Below are positions 48,588-58,557 of a DNA stretch of 64,000 bases, in pieces (position 1 is the stretch's first letter; each line of letters opens with the position of its first letter). The position numbers and the translations under genes are program-made. The stretch is from a virus (taxonomy: Duplodnaviria > Caudoviricetes), in IMG/VR virus record IMGVR_UViG_3300031994_000011, positions 107,959-171,958 of that record, one strand, 5' to 3'. Under the pieces are notes generated by a model that searched no databases, had not been told where the DNA came from, and saw only the letters and a program-made list of their open reading frames with translations.

Positions 48588-48866
48588 ATGAAGAAATCTG
48601 TTAACGGTCACAATTACGCGCAGGCGAAAGAAATCATCTATGAAGACGGACGGCGTGAGCTGGTGAGCTACACCACAACCGTGATCGAAATCACGGCGGA
48701 CGGCTGGATGACCGTACACGGGCTGTACAGCCGCACTACGATCAAACACATCGGGTGGTTTATGCGTGAGATCGGCCTTACGTACCAACACGCGAAAAGA
48801 GCATACGAACGGCGCGACATTGAACAATTCAACGTTTACACCGGGGAGGTGAAGGAGGTGGCGTAA
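48588..48866 (+). CDS. Early protein, 92 aa
   Basis: Promoter, SD and terminator; LVSYTT...GLYSRTTIKHIGWF. Confidence 0.75.
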   Translation: MKKSVNGHNYAQAKEIIYEDGRRELVSYTTTVIEITADGWMTVHGLYSRTTIKHIGWFMREIGLTYQHAKRAYERRDIEQFNVYTGEVKEVA

Positions 48867-48990
48867 GCCACCTCTTTTTTTCATCTTCTAATTGGATGTA
48901 ATACATCCAAAACGTCCACTTGCTTTTTCAGGCATTCTGTGGTATACTTATATCATCAAGTGAGGGGTTGATCCCCAGAGGGAGGCCACT

Positions 48991-49137
48991 ATGTGGTATG
49001 TTTGTGATGAGTTCGGGTTCGCGTGGAGCAAGGGCATAGAAACTCTTGAGGAGGCGCAGCTGCAGCTGGAAGAGCTGCGCGCCGATGCCCGCAAAAAGGG
49101 CTGGGACTGGGGCTTTGAGATTGAAAAGCGGGGCTGA
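48991..49137 (+). CDS. Small early protein, 48 aa
   Basis: SD GGAGG; MWYVCDEFG... Confidence 0.65.
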   Translation: MWYVCDEFGFAWSKGIETLEEAQLQLEELRADARKKGWDWGFEIEKRG

Positions 49138-49268
49138 CCCGCTTTTCTTTTTATCACGCAGATTGGATGTAATACATCCAAAATGAATAGTTGACTTTCT
49201 TAAGATACTATGATATACTTATACCATCAAGTGAAGGACAACACTTAAAAACCAGAGAGGAAACTACA

Positions 49269-49442
49269 ATGTATCAGATTGTCAGGGTTTATGATGATGG
49301 CGCCACCGCAGCAGAGACCGCCCCTTCCTTCGTTTCCGCGCTGACCGCTTGCACGATCTACCTTGAGGATCCGAGCTGCATCGCAATAAAAATCAAGGAT
49401 CTCCGGGACAACAAAACCGTCATGGAATACTGGGCGGATTAA
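49269..49442 (+). CDS. Small early protein, 57 aa
   Basis: Leader hairpin motif; MYQIVRVY... Confidence 0.7.
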   Translation: MYQIVRVYDDGATAAETAPSFVSALTACTIYLEDPSCIAIKIKDLRDNKTVMEYWAD

Positions 49443-49556
49443 CCGCCCTTTTCTCGTTTGGATGTAATACATCCAAAATCCGAGATTGACTTTTCTATGA
49501 TTATATGTTATCATATACTTGTCCGAAGGGATAACAAATGAAAGGGGATTGAAACT

Positions 49557-49796
49557 ATGTGGCTTTTCTACTCTTACACTGATGGCTATATTCCTATGGG
49601 ATCTGATGGACAAATGAAAGTGCCTTCTTCTATGCGTTCAATGAAAAGCATCCAGAAGCTGGCAACGGCCTTCCTCGGCAAGCGAGCTGGGAGCGTGTAC
49701 CTCATGACCAGCTGGACGCAGGCGATGAGCGAGCTGGGACCGCGCGCGTTTGAAGAATATATCTTTCGCAATGGAAAGAAGGTTGCTCACTCATGA
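49557..49796 (+). CDS. Small early protein, 79 aa
   Basis: Promoter, SD and terminator. Confidence 0.7.
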   Translation: MWLFYSYTDGYIPMGSDGQMKVPSSMRSMKSIQKLATAFLGKRAGSVYLMTSWTQAMSELGPRAFEEYIFRNGKKVAHS

Positions 49797-49883
49797 GCAA
49801 CCTTTCTTTTTTAGTTAATATTGGATGTATTACATCCAAAATACCTTATTGACTTATTTCATTTTTCATGCTATACTATATTT

Positions 49884-50056
49884 GTCGAAAGGAAGAAAGG
49901 AGAGATGAAAAAATGACTCCCCCGCATTAAAGTAAGCCAGCGCATAAGATGCTTTATGCGGCGGCACTATTAAACGGAGAGCATCCTCCCGTTCCAGAAA
50001 GTGGCGGAGCTGGAGCGATTGAGCCAAACTGGACGATCAGCGCAATCGTCCAGTTT
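49884..50056 (+). ncRNA. Putative structured small RNA (only mini-ORFs MKK and MTPPH)
   Basis: Palindrome and promoter, then hairpins (gcataag...ttatgc) and an aaactggacgat/atcgtccagttt terminator; no ORF of note. Confidence 0.4.
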
Positions 50057-50152
50057 ATTTATATTGGATGTATTACATCCAAAAACGACCGTTGACTTTC
50101 TCACCCCTTTATGGTATACTTAAACCATCAAAGGAAAGGAAGGTAACAAACT

Positions 50153-50479
50153 ATGACGGAAAATATGACCTATCATTGCAGGGTTGAACGTGCTGACCGC
50201 GTGAACTGGATTATCAATGAAATCGGTTTGGGGCAGATTGTCAAGGAAAAGTATGGCAACATCAACGGCAAAGCTGCAACCTACACTTGCATCACCGATA
50301 CTGGCGTGACCATCATCAAGACGGGCGACAAGAAAGCAATCATCACTATGTATATCACCACCGCGCGGGAGCTGGTAGCTGTATACGGCGGGCAGAAAAA
50401 AATCCCTCTCGCCCTTCGGAAAAAGGTTGACCACAATCAGAGCAAATACATCAGGAACGGGAAAACAGTTTGGGCCTAA
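50153..50479 (+). CDS. Early protein, 108 aa
   Basis: Promoter, SD and terminator. Confidence 0.75.
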   Translation: MTENMTYHCRVERADRVNWIINEIGLGQIVKEKYGNINGKAATYTCITDTGVTIIKTGDKKAIITMYITTARELVAVYGGQKKIPLALRKKVDHNQSKYIRNGKTVWA

Positions 50480-50575
50480 CGGCCCAAATTTTATTTGGAT
50501 GTAATACATCCAAAAACCCCTCTTGCATTTCTCATAAAAATATGATATTATATAACCATGAAAGGGGTGTGTGAA

Positions 50576-50782
50576 ATGACTACAACGTGGCACTTTGAAG
50601 TATGGGGCGAGGACAGCGACCTTTTTGGTGAGCAGTTCTTTGTAGAGGTCGAAGGCAACCTTGACACGGCGAAGGCGAGGGCTATGGCGATCGCGCAAGA
50701 AAATTTTCCCGGCGAGCTGCTGAAATGCTGGGGACGTGTTTCTAAGCTGACAGCTGAAATGGCTGGATATGATACCTACTAA
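50576..50782 (+). CDS. Small acidic early protein, 68 aa
   Basis: MTTTWHFEV...AEMAGYDTY. Confidence 0.7.
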   Translation: MTTTWHFEVWGEDSDLFGEQFFVEVEGNLDTAKARAMAIAQENFPGELLKCWGRVSKLTAEMAGYDTY

Positions 50783-50909
50783 GGCGCGAAAGCGCCTTTT
50801 AGAGTTTGGATGTATTACATCCAAATTCTCTTCTTGCATAAATCCACCTTCTATGTTATAATGTTTGTGAAAAGAGGAAGGATACCTCACAAACCAGAAA
50901 GGCACTACT

Positions 50910-51347
50910 ATGACTATTTGGTTCGATATGGATGGCACAATTGCGAATCTGTACGCTGTTGAAGGCTGGCTTGACTATCTCATTAACGAAAATGTTTATC
51001 CTTATGCGAAAGCTGAAACCATGCTTAATTTTTCTTCCTTCGCAAAGCTGCTGAACAAGCTCCAGAAAAAGGGCTACAAAATTGGCATTATCTCGTGGAT
51101 GAGCAAATGCGGCTCTGAAAACTATAATCTCGCCGTTGAGACCGCAAAACGCGCTTGGCTCGCTCGGCACCTTCCTTCGGTTGAATGGGACGAAATTAAA
51201 ATTGTCCGTTATGGCACCGATAAATACATCACTTGTGGCGGCGGCATTCTGTTCGATGATGAACAGGGAAACCGTGATGGTTGGAAGGATAGAGCATATG
51301 AACCTTGCAAAATTATGGAAGTATTAAAAGAACTGCTTAACAGTTAA
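50910..51347 (+). CDS. HAD-superfamily phosphatase (5'(3')-deoxyribonucleotidase-like)
   Basis: Motif I IWFDMDGTIA and motif IV ILFDD. Confidence 0.8.
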   Translation: MTIWFDMDGTIANLYAVEGWLDYLINENVYPYAKAETMLNFSSFAKLLNKLQKKGYKIGIISWMSKCGSENYNLAVETAKRAWLARHLPSVEWDEIKIVRYGTDKYITCGGGILFDDEQGNRDGWKDRAYEPCKIMEVLKELLNS

Positions 51348-51489
51348 TGCAATGAGCGCGGCGAGCGCTCCCGTATTGGATGTAATACATCCAAATCACA
51401 TTTCAAAAAAAGACTTGACTTTTCCTTTTTACGTGATAAAATATATATGAAAGCGGAAGGAAAACCGCCCAAACCAGAAAGGTTATGAA

Positions 51490-52476
51490 ATGGCCAAAAC
51501 TCTCAAGTTCCTTGTAGTTGATACTGAAACCGCCACCCTGCCCATGTGCTCTGAAATTGCGTATGATGCTGAAAGCAAGAAAAAGCTCGCAATCGCTAAG
51601 CCCCTCATTTATGATATTGGCTGGAACATCACTAACCGCAAGGGCGAAATTCTCGGTCATAAGCAGTTCCTCATCGCAGAGACTTTCTGTGTTCCTCAGG
51701 TTTTTAATACTGCCTATTATGCAGAGAAGCGGCCCATCTATCTGAAAATGCTTGAACGTGGTGAAACCGTCATTAAAACTTGGGACGAAGTTATGACTAT
51801 CTTCCTTCAAGACATGCGGTCCGTTGATGCCGTGGGCGCGTTTAATTCCATGTTTGATTTTAAGAAGGCTATCCCCTTCACCGAACTGTATATCCGCAAT
51901 CTATATAGCCCCCGTTATAGCGATTGGGAAAAAATTCAGTATGATTCTTGTATGAGAATTTTGAGCAACAACAGACCCGAAAGAAACCCGAATTTTGATG
52001 CCGATAATTTTTCCTTCCGTGGCGAAAGCTTCCCCCTGTTCGACCTTTGGGGCCTTGCCGCAAAGATTCTTCTGAATAATGCCACCTATAAGAAGAATTG
52101 CCTTGACCATGATTTGCTTTCCTCTTCCGGCCTTTATTTCAAGACAAGCGCAGAATCTACCTATCAGTATATTTGTGATAAATATGATTTTTGCGAAAGT
52201 CATACCGCCTTGGACGACGCCACCATTGAAACCTTTATCCTTTCTAAGATTGCTTCCCGCCATGCTATTAGCATTGGGATTATCTTCTTCCCCTTTAGAG
52301 AACTCGGCGAAACCGTAGAGTTTATCACCCGGCGTAAGGCTCCGAATATTAACGAATGCGAAAAAGTGGCGAATGCGATTCGGGCCCACCTTGAAACGAA
52401 AGAAGAGGGCACCCCCTATTATAGCAAAATGGAAAAGAAACTTGATTTGATTCTTAAGTATCTTGAAAGGGCGTAA
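51490..52476 (+). CDS. DEDDh 3'-5' exonuclease (DnaQ-like), 328 aa
   Basis: VVDTETA, AFNSMFD and HTALDDA motifs. Confidence 0.85.
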   Translation: MAKTLKFLVVDTETATLPMCSEIAYDAESKKKLAIAKPLIYDIGWNITNRKGEILGHKQFLIAETFCVPQVFNTAYYAEKRPIYLKMLERGETVIKTWDEVMTIFLQDMRSVDAVGAFNSMFDFKKAIPFTELYIRNLYSPRYSDWEKIQYDSCMRILSNNRPERNPNFDADNFSFRGESFPLFDLWGLAAKILLNNATYKKNCLDHDLLSSSGLYFKTSAESTYQYICDKYDFCESHTALDDATIETFILSKIASRHAISIGIIFFPFRELGETVEFITRRKAPNINECEKVANAIRAHLETKEEGTPYYSKMEKKLDLILKYLERA

Positions 52477-52593
52477 GCCCTTTTTTCGTTAAAACGAAAT
52501 TGGATGTATTACATCCAATATTTTTCCCTTGACTTTTCTCAAAACTATGCTATAATAAACTTGTCTCAAAGAGACAGAAAGGAAGTAAAAAAT

Positions 52594-52749
52594 ATGACTC
52601 GCGATGAAATCATTAACTTTATTAACAAAGTTCTTCAAACCAATCCACAAGCATTCACACAGGATGAAGTTATTGAAGAAAACTATATTTATATTCCTGC
52701 CATTGAATTGATTAAAGATGCTATCACTGGTGAATGGCGCGCAATTTAA
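52594..52749 (+). CDS. Small early protein, 51 aa
   Basis: SD GAAAGGA; MTRDEII... Confidence 0.6.
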   Translation: MTRDEIINFINKVLQTNPQAFTQDEVIEENYIYIPAIELIKDAITGEWRAI

Positions 52750-53026
52750 TTAGTAAATTATTCTTGACAAAATGAGGAGCAATAAACTCCTCATTTTTAT
52801 TTTTTATAAATATTGGATGTATTACATCCAAATCAACTTATTGACTCCATTTCAAATCTATGCTATACTATCATTGTTCCGAGAGAGAAGGGAAAGTGGC
52901 GCGCGACACTTAACCCCTCTCAAAGAAAAAAAGTTTCAAAAGCCCCTTGACAATCAACCGAATCCATGCTATAATAAATCCGTAAGAAAGAGAAGGACAC
53001 TCTTAAAAAACCAGAAAGGGAAGATT

Positions 53027-53359
53027 ATGAAGAAGTCCACCATGATGAAAATTGCTGACTACATCCGCAATGTTCCCGAACTCGTTGAAGAGTTTGCCGA
53101 AATCGATGCCGAACTCAGCAAGACTGCCGAGAAGGCGAATGCTACCCGAGAACTCTATGGAACCGCACATGACATCGTGATGAGCGTTATGTCTGAAGTC
53201 CCCGCCACGGTGGCTGATATCTTCGCCAAGTGCGAAAGCGAACTCCCCGAAGGTTTTACTAAAGCAAAGGTTCAGTATGCACTCCTTAATTACTGGAAGG
53301 ATGAGGTCGTTAAGATTGATAACGGCAAGCGGTCGCCCATGACTTACCGCAAGGCGTAA
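53027..53359 (+). CDS. Putative winged-helix DNA-binding protein, 110 aa (family B)
   Basis: TVADIF...ELPEGFTKAKVQYAL...W shared with 59932 and 56008. Confidence 0.7.
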   Translation: MKKSTMMKIADYIRNVPELVEEFAEIDAELSKTAEKANATRELYGTAHDIVMSVMSEVPATVADIFAKCESELPEGFTKAKVQYALLNYWKDEVVKIDNGKRSPMTYRKA

Positions 53360-53465
53360 TATTAAGTTAAAAAAGAAAGGACCCTATGAAAATAGGGTCC
53401 TTTCTAATTTCAAAATGAAATTGGATGTAATACATCCAATTTCGTATCACAAAAAGAAAAGGGGA

Positions 53466-53801
53466 TTACTCCCCTTCTTCCTCTTTCTTCTTCTTATTTT
53501 CCCGTTCCTTCGCCTTACGTTCTTTTTCGGCGTTCTTCTCAGCCTTTTCCTTCGCCTTCAATTCCTTTTCAGCCTTCCATTCTTCAGCGGCTTCGTAAGG
53601 GTCGAACGCAGGAGAAATTTTCGTGGGCTTGTACGCCTTGGACTTCACGGTGACTTCAGTCCAGACTTCCTGCCCGTCAATATTCTGCAGGATAGCGAAG
53701 GAAGCATCGGCGAACTGAACAGCTTCATTGGCGTTGAGGACTTCGGTCAGAGCGGTCACAGTCAGGTCACGAGCGGTGGTCTTAATTTCGTTAGCGGTCA
53801 T
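53466..53801 (-). CDS. Early protein with Lys/Glu-rich tail, 111 aa (family C)
   Basis: Inverted cassette with promoter, leader hairpin and terminator. Confidence 0.75.
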   Translation of the reverse strand: MTANEIKTTARDLTVTALTEVLNANEAVQFADASFAILQNIDGQEVWTEVTVKSKAYKPTKISPAFDPYEAAEEWKAEKELKAKEKAEKNAEKERKAKERENKKKKEEEGE

Positions 53802-54040
53802 ACAACTTTCCTTTCTGGTTTTTTAGGCTTTTCCTTGCCTTTGTTATGATTTATTATAGCATGGATTTTAATGATAGTCAAGTGCTTTTTAAAAAATTTT
53901 TTACTTATAACATAACAATATTTGGATGTATTACATCCAATAAATATTAAAATTTTATTACAAAATTTTTAATTACCCCTTGACTTTTTCTTTAAGATAT
54001 GTTACAATTTAATTACAAAAGAAAAGGAGATGTTAAGAAA

Positions 54041-54193
54041 ATGTTGAAACTTATGGGAGTAGTTGGAAGTTTTATGACGGTAATTGGAATCTCCAGCGGC
54101 ATTCTTAATAGGTCCATGCTTGTCATCGCCGCAATTGGTCTTACCCTTATGAGTGTCAGCATTATGTTTCTTCCAAAAAATGATAATTTTTAA
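54041..54193 (+). CDS. Small membrane protein, 50 aa, two hydrophobic helices
   Basis: SD AAGGAG; LMGVVGSFMTVIGISSGIL and MLVIAAIGLTLMSVSIMFL. Confidence 0.65.
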   Translation: MLKLMGVVGSFMTVIGISSGILNRSMLVIAAIGLTLMSVSIMFLPKNDNF

Positions 54194-54368
54194 TAAAAAA
54201 ATACTTGACAAAAATCAAATTTCATGTTATAATTATAATATAAAAAAGGAGGGAGAAAACTTTTGGATATATTACATCCAAACCCCGACTATTGACCCCG
54301 CATGAATTTTATGCTATACTATACCCGTGAAAGGGAAGGAAAACCCCAAACCAGAAGGAGTGTGTTTT

Positions 54369-54776
54369 ATGAGTAAAGCGTCTCTTGAAAATGGTATCCG
54401 TAACGACATTCTCGCCGCCATCTCCGACCTGCTCGGCAAAAAGTATGATACTGATGTCCTTGTTACTGGCAGCAATGAAATCTGTATCCCTTGCCTTGAC
54501 TCTGAAGGGAATGAAAAGTACGCCGTGATTAAAGTTAGCATTCCCCGCGGTGAACGTAGCGGCGGCACCTATAAACCCTATAACGGATACAGTGTTGCCG
54601 AAGATTATGCCGCAGACGTGCAGGAAAGAACCGCTAAAGCCGAAGCACGCGCCGAAAAGAAAGCACACGAAGAAGCAGAGCGGGCGCGCAAGCGTGAAAT
54701 GCGCACCGTGAAGGTCAAAGAAACTGAAATGAAGAAGAAACTTGCCGAAGTGGCAAAACTTGGAAAGGAGGGCTAA
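54369..54776 (+). CDS. Early protein, 135 aa (family C)
   Basis: DSEGNEKYAVIKV and basic/acidic tail, similar to 62165 and 53466. Confidence 0.75.
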   Translation: MSKASLENGIRNDILAAISDLLGKKYDTDVLVTGSNEICIPCLDSEGNEKYAVIKVSIPRGERSGGTYKPYNGYSVAEDYAADVQERTAKAEARAEKKAHEEAERARKREMRTVKVKETEMKKKLAEVAKLGKEG

Positions 54777-54879
54777 GCCCCTCTTTCTTTATTGGATGTA
54801 TTACATCCAAAAATAAATATTGACTTTTTAAAAAACTTATGATATACTTTAATCACAAAATGAAGGGAGTGATTGAAGA

Positions 54880-55125
54880 ATGAAGATTTACGTTGCTACT
54901 GTTAAAAACGACCCTCTTGATACTGCAGATTCTTACGTTCTTGGAGTATACCCAAGCGAAGAAAAAGCAAATGAAAACATTAACAAATGGATAAATTTTC
55001 GTGGCGACAAATTAATTGATTATGCCCGGGAAGAAAGATTCTATCTTTATGATGAAGACGAGGACATGAATTTTCAGATTGACGTTGAAAGCGCCGACCT
55101 TGATAATGAACCTTGCTACGATTAA
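54880..55125 (+). CDS. Small acidic early protein, 81 aa
   Basis: VLGVYPSEEKA motif; promoter and terminator. Confidence 0.7.
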   Translation: MKIYVATVKNDPLDTADSYVLGVYPSEEKANENINKWINFRGDKLIDYAREERFYLYDEDEDMNFQIDVESADLDNEPCYD

Positions 55126-55377
55126 CGGCCTTCGGGCCTTCTTGATTATTGGATGTATTACATCCAAATCAAATAGTTGGCTTCTTAGAGAATCTGTGGT
55201 AATATATAATTGTTCCAAGGGGAAAGGAAAGGAGGCCAGGGTTAAAAAAAACTTAAAAAAAGTTTTGAAAAGCCCTTGACAAACTTCCAAATCTCTGGTA
55301 TAATAAAGATGTTCCAAGAGAGGAACACAAGAAATCGGGAAGGAAAACCCAAGCCAAACCAAAAAGGATTTACCACT

Positions 55378-55458
55378 ATGAAGAAAACCTCTTACGAAGC
55401 CACCTACGCCACTCTGACCTCCATCAACTACGATAACGCCGAAAAGGACATGCTATAA
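55378..55458 (+). pseudogene. Truncated family-B-like gene (26 aa)
   Basis: Full promoter and leader, MKKTSYEATY start resembling the MKKS paralogues, then an abrupt stop followed by an out-of-frame acidic tail. Confidence 0.4.
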
Positions 55459-55489
55459 TAGAGGATAATGAAGAAGAGGAGGAATAAGG

Positions 55490-55657
55490 ATGTTAAGAGA
55501 AGAATTAGTAAAAAATTATTTCTGGCATAAAATGGCGGACCTTCTCGAAGAGGCACAAGAAAATGGTTTCTGCTTCGGCTTTACCAATGGTAACGGCGAA
55601 GTTGTCTATTGGACTGATTCAGAAAGTTTAGATTTTACCGTTGAATCTATTGACTAA
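55490..55657 (+). CDS. Small acidic protein, 55 aa
   Basis: SD GGAGG; MLREELVKNYFWH...; terminator follows. Confidence 0.6.
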   Translation: MLREELVKNYFWHKMADLLEEAQENGFCFGFTNGNGEVVYWTDSESLDFTVESID

Positions 55658-55754
55658 ACAGACTTCGGTCTGTTTGGCCGGCCCGTTAATATAATTGTAA
55701 TAAAATCTTAACACTTTTGTAATTGACTTTCTGGCAAATTATGATATAATATAA

Positions 55755-55910
55755 TTGTTCCAAGGGAGAGAGTGCCCAAGTGGTGTGGTGACGCCCAGCA
55801 AGACCTAACACAGTTCGATTCTGTTCTCCTCTCTCATGCGGTTCCTTCGGAAGGTAATCGGATAATGGCGTAAAAGTGGTTCAAGTCCACGCTCCGCAAA
55901 CCTGGAACAA
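55755..55910 (+). ncRNA. Putative ncRNA with two tRNA-like T-arm modules
   Basis: Promoter TTGACT-17-TATAAT; closing stem TTGTTCCA/TGGAACAA; ACAG-TTCGATT-CTGT and GTGG-TTCAAGT-CCAC arms. Confidence 0.5.
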
Positions 55911-56007
55911 AAAATTTCTAAAAACACTTGACATTATAAGCACTCTGTGCTATAATGAATACACAACAAGGGAAGGAAAACCCTCAAAAACCAGAAGGGA
56001 AATTATT

Positions 56008-56445
56008 ATGACTAAGAAAGACGCTCTTACTATCGCTCTGACCACGCTGACCGCTCCCACCTACGCCAATCCCAGCTTTGACGGTAAGGATACCACTCGC
56101 AAAGAAATTCCCGTTGAAGAAGTCCGTGAAGTCATTACCAAGATGATTGAACAGCTGATGAAGAGGGGCACTACCTCTGATAAGGCGAAGGAAGCCCGTA
56201 AGGCTAAGACCGCCGAAGCTCGCTCTGAACTGGTCAAGACTGTTGCTCCCGTTCTCCGCAAGGCTCTGACCGCCGCTCCCGAGGGTATGACCGCTAAGGA
56301 CTTGTTCGCCGCCTGTGAAAAGGAACTGCCCGAAGGTTTCACCGCCGCCAAGGTTCAGAATGTCCTTCTCCGTGAGATGGCCCCCGAACTGGAAAAGGTA
56401 GAAGAGAAGCGTAAGGCTAATGTTTACCGCCTGATTCAGGGCTAA
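56008..56445 (+). CDS. Putative winged-helix protein, 145 aa (family B)
   Basis: MTAKDLFAACEKELPEGFTAAKVQNVLL. Confidence 0.75.
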   Translation: MTKKDALTIALTTLTAPTYANPSFDGKDTTRKEIPVEEVREVITKMIEQLMKRGTTSDKAKEARKAKTAEARSELVKTVAPVLRKALTAAPEGMTAKDLFAACEKELPEGFTAAKVQNVLLREMAPELEKVEEKRKANVYRLIQG

Positions 56446-56604
56446 TGCCCAGCCGCCTTCGGGCGGTTTTTCTTTTTTCGGAAAAATTTGGATGTAATAC
56501 ATCCAAATCTAAAATTAAAAAGAGTCTTGACAAGACAGCTATTATATGATAAAATAAGACCATGAAAGAGGAAGGACACCTCCCAAACCAGAAAGTGAAC
56601 TACG

Positions 56605-56868
56605 ATGACGAAGAAAGTGATTGTTGAATGGACTTACACCGATGATTATGGCAGGTATGGCACCGGCAAGCGGAAACTGTTCGACACGATGGAAAAAGCC
56701 AATGAATGGATTGAAGCGATGAAAAAGAAGAATGGCGGTTACTTCCGTGTTATCCGTACTTACGAAATCAACTACGAAAAGTATCTGGAGATTGAAGAAC
56801 TCAAGAAGAAAGTGAACGAACTGTTCAACAAAATCGACGAACTGAATGAAGAGTTGGAGGTGAAATAA
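56605..56868 (+). CDS. Early protein, 87 aa, C-terminal coiled coil
   Basis: Promoter, leader and terminator. Confidence 0.7.
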   Translation: MTKKVIVEWTYTDDYGRYGTGKRKLFDTMEKANEWIEAMKKKNGGYFRVIRTYEINYEKYLEIEELKKKVNELFNKIDELNEELEVK

Positions 56869-57055
56869 ACAAAGGGGCGAAAGCCCTTTGTTTTTTATAG
56901 AGTTAGTTAGATACCTCTAACCGCCAGCCTGGTGCCTGGTGCTAAAAAATTTTTTTTAAAAATTTTGAAAAAAGGTGTTGACAACGCCCGCCCGGCATGG
57001 TATAATAAAGCCATGAAAGGGAAGGAAACCCTCCAAACCAGAAAGGATAACTAAA

Positions 57056-57316
57056 ATGAAAATTTATAAAATCGCTATGAGAAAGAACACTGGTTCCATC
57101 AAAGAAGTGCTTTTTACCTCAAAAGCAAAAGCGGTCGGTTATATCATCGGAAGGATGGACGCGGAAAAAGAAGGATGCCGCGCAATTGAAAAAAAGACAG
57201 ATAACTGGGAATATGATAAGAAAACAATTTGCGCGATTAAAAATTGGAATAAATTCTATTATATCATTGATGGCGGTTCAACAAAAGTCACAATTGAAGA
57301 AATCTTAGTATTATGA
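57056..57316 (+). CDS. Early protein, 86 aa
   Basis: Promoter, leader and terminator. Confidence 0.7.
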   Translation: MKIYKIAMRKNTGSIKEVLFTSKAKAVGYIIGRMDAEKEGCRAIEKKTDNWEYDKKTICAIKNWNKFYYIIDGGSTKVTIEEILVL

Positions 57317-57461
57317 GGGCTGAAAGCCCTCTTTTTTTGATCAAAGGTGATCAAAAATTTTTTAAAAAAATCAAAAAAAAGTGTTGACAAGCCAGCTATT
57401 GTGTGATAAAATAAAGCCATGAAAGGGAAAGGAAAATCCCAAACACCAGAAAGGTTAAAAT

Positions 57462-57644
57462 ATGTGTTACGAAGAAAAGTGCCCCATCTGCAATTCCGAA
57501 GATTATGAAGTAGAAGATTACTCTGATACCTTTGACACCTTTAGCGGAGAACAGTGGTGGGTTTGCGTATGCCCTAATGGTCACAAGTTTTCTATCACAA
57601 AAGTATACGACCTTAAAGATGTAATTATCGAACCAGAAGAGTGA
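57462..57644 (+). CDS. Zn-ribbon microprotein, 60 aa
   Basis: CPIC...CVCPNGH. Confidence 0.7.
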   Translation: MCYEEKCPICNSEDYEVEDYSDTFDTFSGEQWWVCVCPNGHKFSITKVYDLKDVIIEPEE

Positions 57645-57746
57645 CCGCTTCGGCGGTTCACGTCATTGGATGTAATACATCCAAAAACTCATGCTTGACT
57701 TTCTTATTTCATTATGCTATACTATCACTGTGAGGAGGGAAAAGAA

Positions 57747-57899
57747 ATGAGCAAAAAACAGAAGAACGCGCCCCGTTCCAACTATGAAGTCTATCGGTCT
57801 ATCCGTAAAGACTGGGGCGTTATCAATCCAGTGACCAAAGTTATCCCTGACAAGCGCAACAAAAAGTCAAAACATAAGAAAGGATGGGATGAAGAATAA
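57747..57899 (+). CDS. Small basic protein, 50 aa
   Basis: SD GAGGAGG; IRKDWGVINPVTKVIPDKR. Confidence 0.65.
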   Translation: MSKKQKNAPRSNYEVYRSIRKDWGVINPVTKVIPDKRNKKSKHKKGWDEE

Positions 57900-58090
57900 T
57901 GATGTGTCCACAGTGTGAAAATAGTGAAGTTGAAACTTGGATTGTTAATGACGAAACTAATATCAGGACTGATTTTAATGGAAAGGACTGGATGTCTATT
58001 ACTCAAGGTAGTTGTTGTAAAGAGTGCGGCTACATATGGTATGAACATTACTCAGGCTTGGCAACAGATTTTTACTGGACTAAAGATTGA
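57899..58090 (+). CDS. Zn-ribbon microprotein, 63 aa
   Basis: CPQC...CKECG. Confidence 0.65.
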   Translation: MMCPQCENSEVETWIVNDETNIRTDFNGKDWMSITQGSCCKECGYIWYEHYSGLATDFYWTKD

Positions 58091-58105
58091 AAGGTGGGAT
58101 GAAGA

Positions 58106-58360
58106 ATGATGAAATTTAAAAACATCAGAATGTATCTTGACAAAAAGGGCATTCGTTATTATGAATCTGATAACGGACAAAAACTTGTCATTAGGGCGTG
58201 TGCTTTTGATAGTGATAAAGAAAGTAATTTTTATGACTATGGAGAGCCCTACAAAAAACCTAAGTGCTATAATAAAGAAAAATTCTTTCAAGAGTTATTT
58301 AATGACACCCGTATCATAATTGTAGATTGCTCTGAATGTTGCGCTTGTGCAGGTTGGTAA
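58106..58360 (+). CDS. Small protein, 84 aa, Cys-rich C-terminus
   Basis: Intact ORF within the operon. Confidence 0.6.
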   Translation: MMKFKNIRMYLDKKGIRYYESDNGQKLVIRACAFDSDKESNFYDYGEPYKKPKCYNKEKFFQELFNDTRIIIVDCSECCACAGW

Positions 58361-58378
58361 AGAAAGGTGGAATGAAAA

Positions 58379-58540
58379 ATGATGCTTATTTGGAAAGCAC
58401 TTATAAGAGACGAATTAGGAAATGTCAAATATCGTTCTCCCGAATTTAATAAAAAATGGATTGCGATAAAATGGGCAAGCAATATAATTAATAAGCACAA
58501 AAAATTGGATGAATGGTTTTATGAAGTATGGTGTGAATAA
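58379..58540 (+). CDS. Small protein, 53 aa
   Basis: SD AAAGGTGG; MMLIWKALIRDE... Confidence 0.55.
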   Translation: MMLIWKALIRDELGNVKYRSPEFNKKWIAIKWASNIINKHKKLDEWFYEVWCE

Positions 58541-58557
58541 GGAAAGGCGGGATAAAA

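Noticed and set aside
55764-55836. Amber suppressor tRNA
   Set aside because: The CTA triplet lies next to the T-arm rather than in an anticodon loop, and a canonical cloverleaf cannot be drawn.
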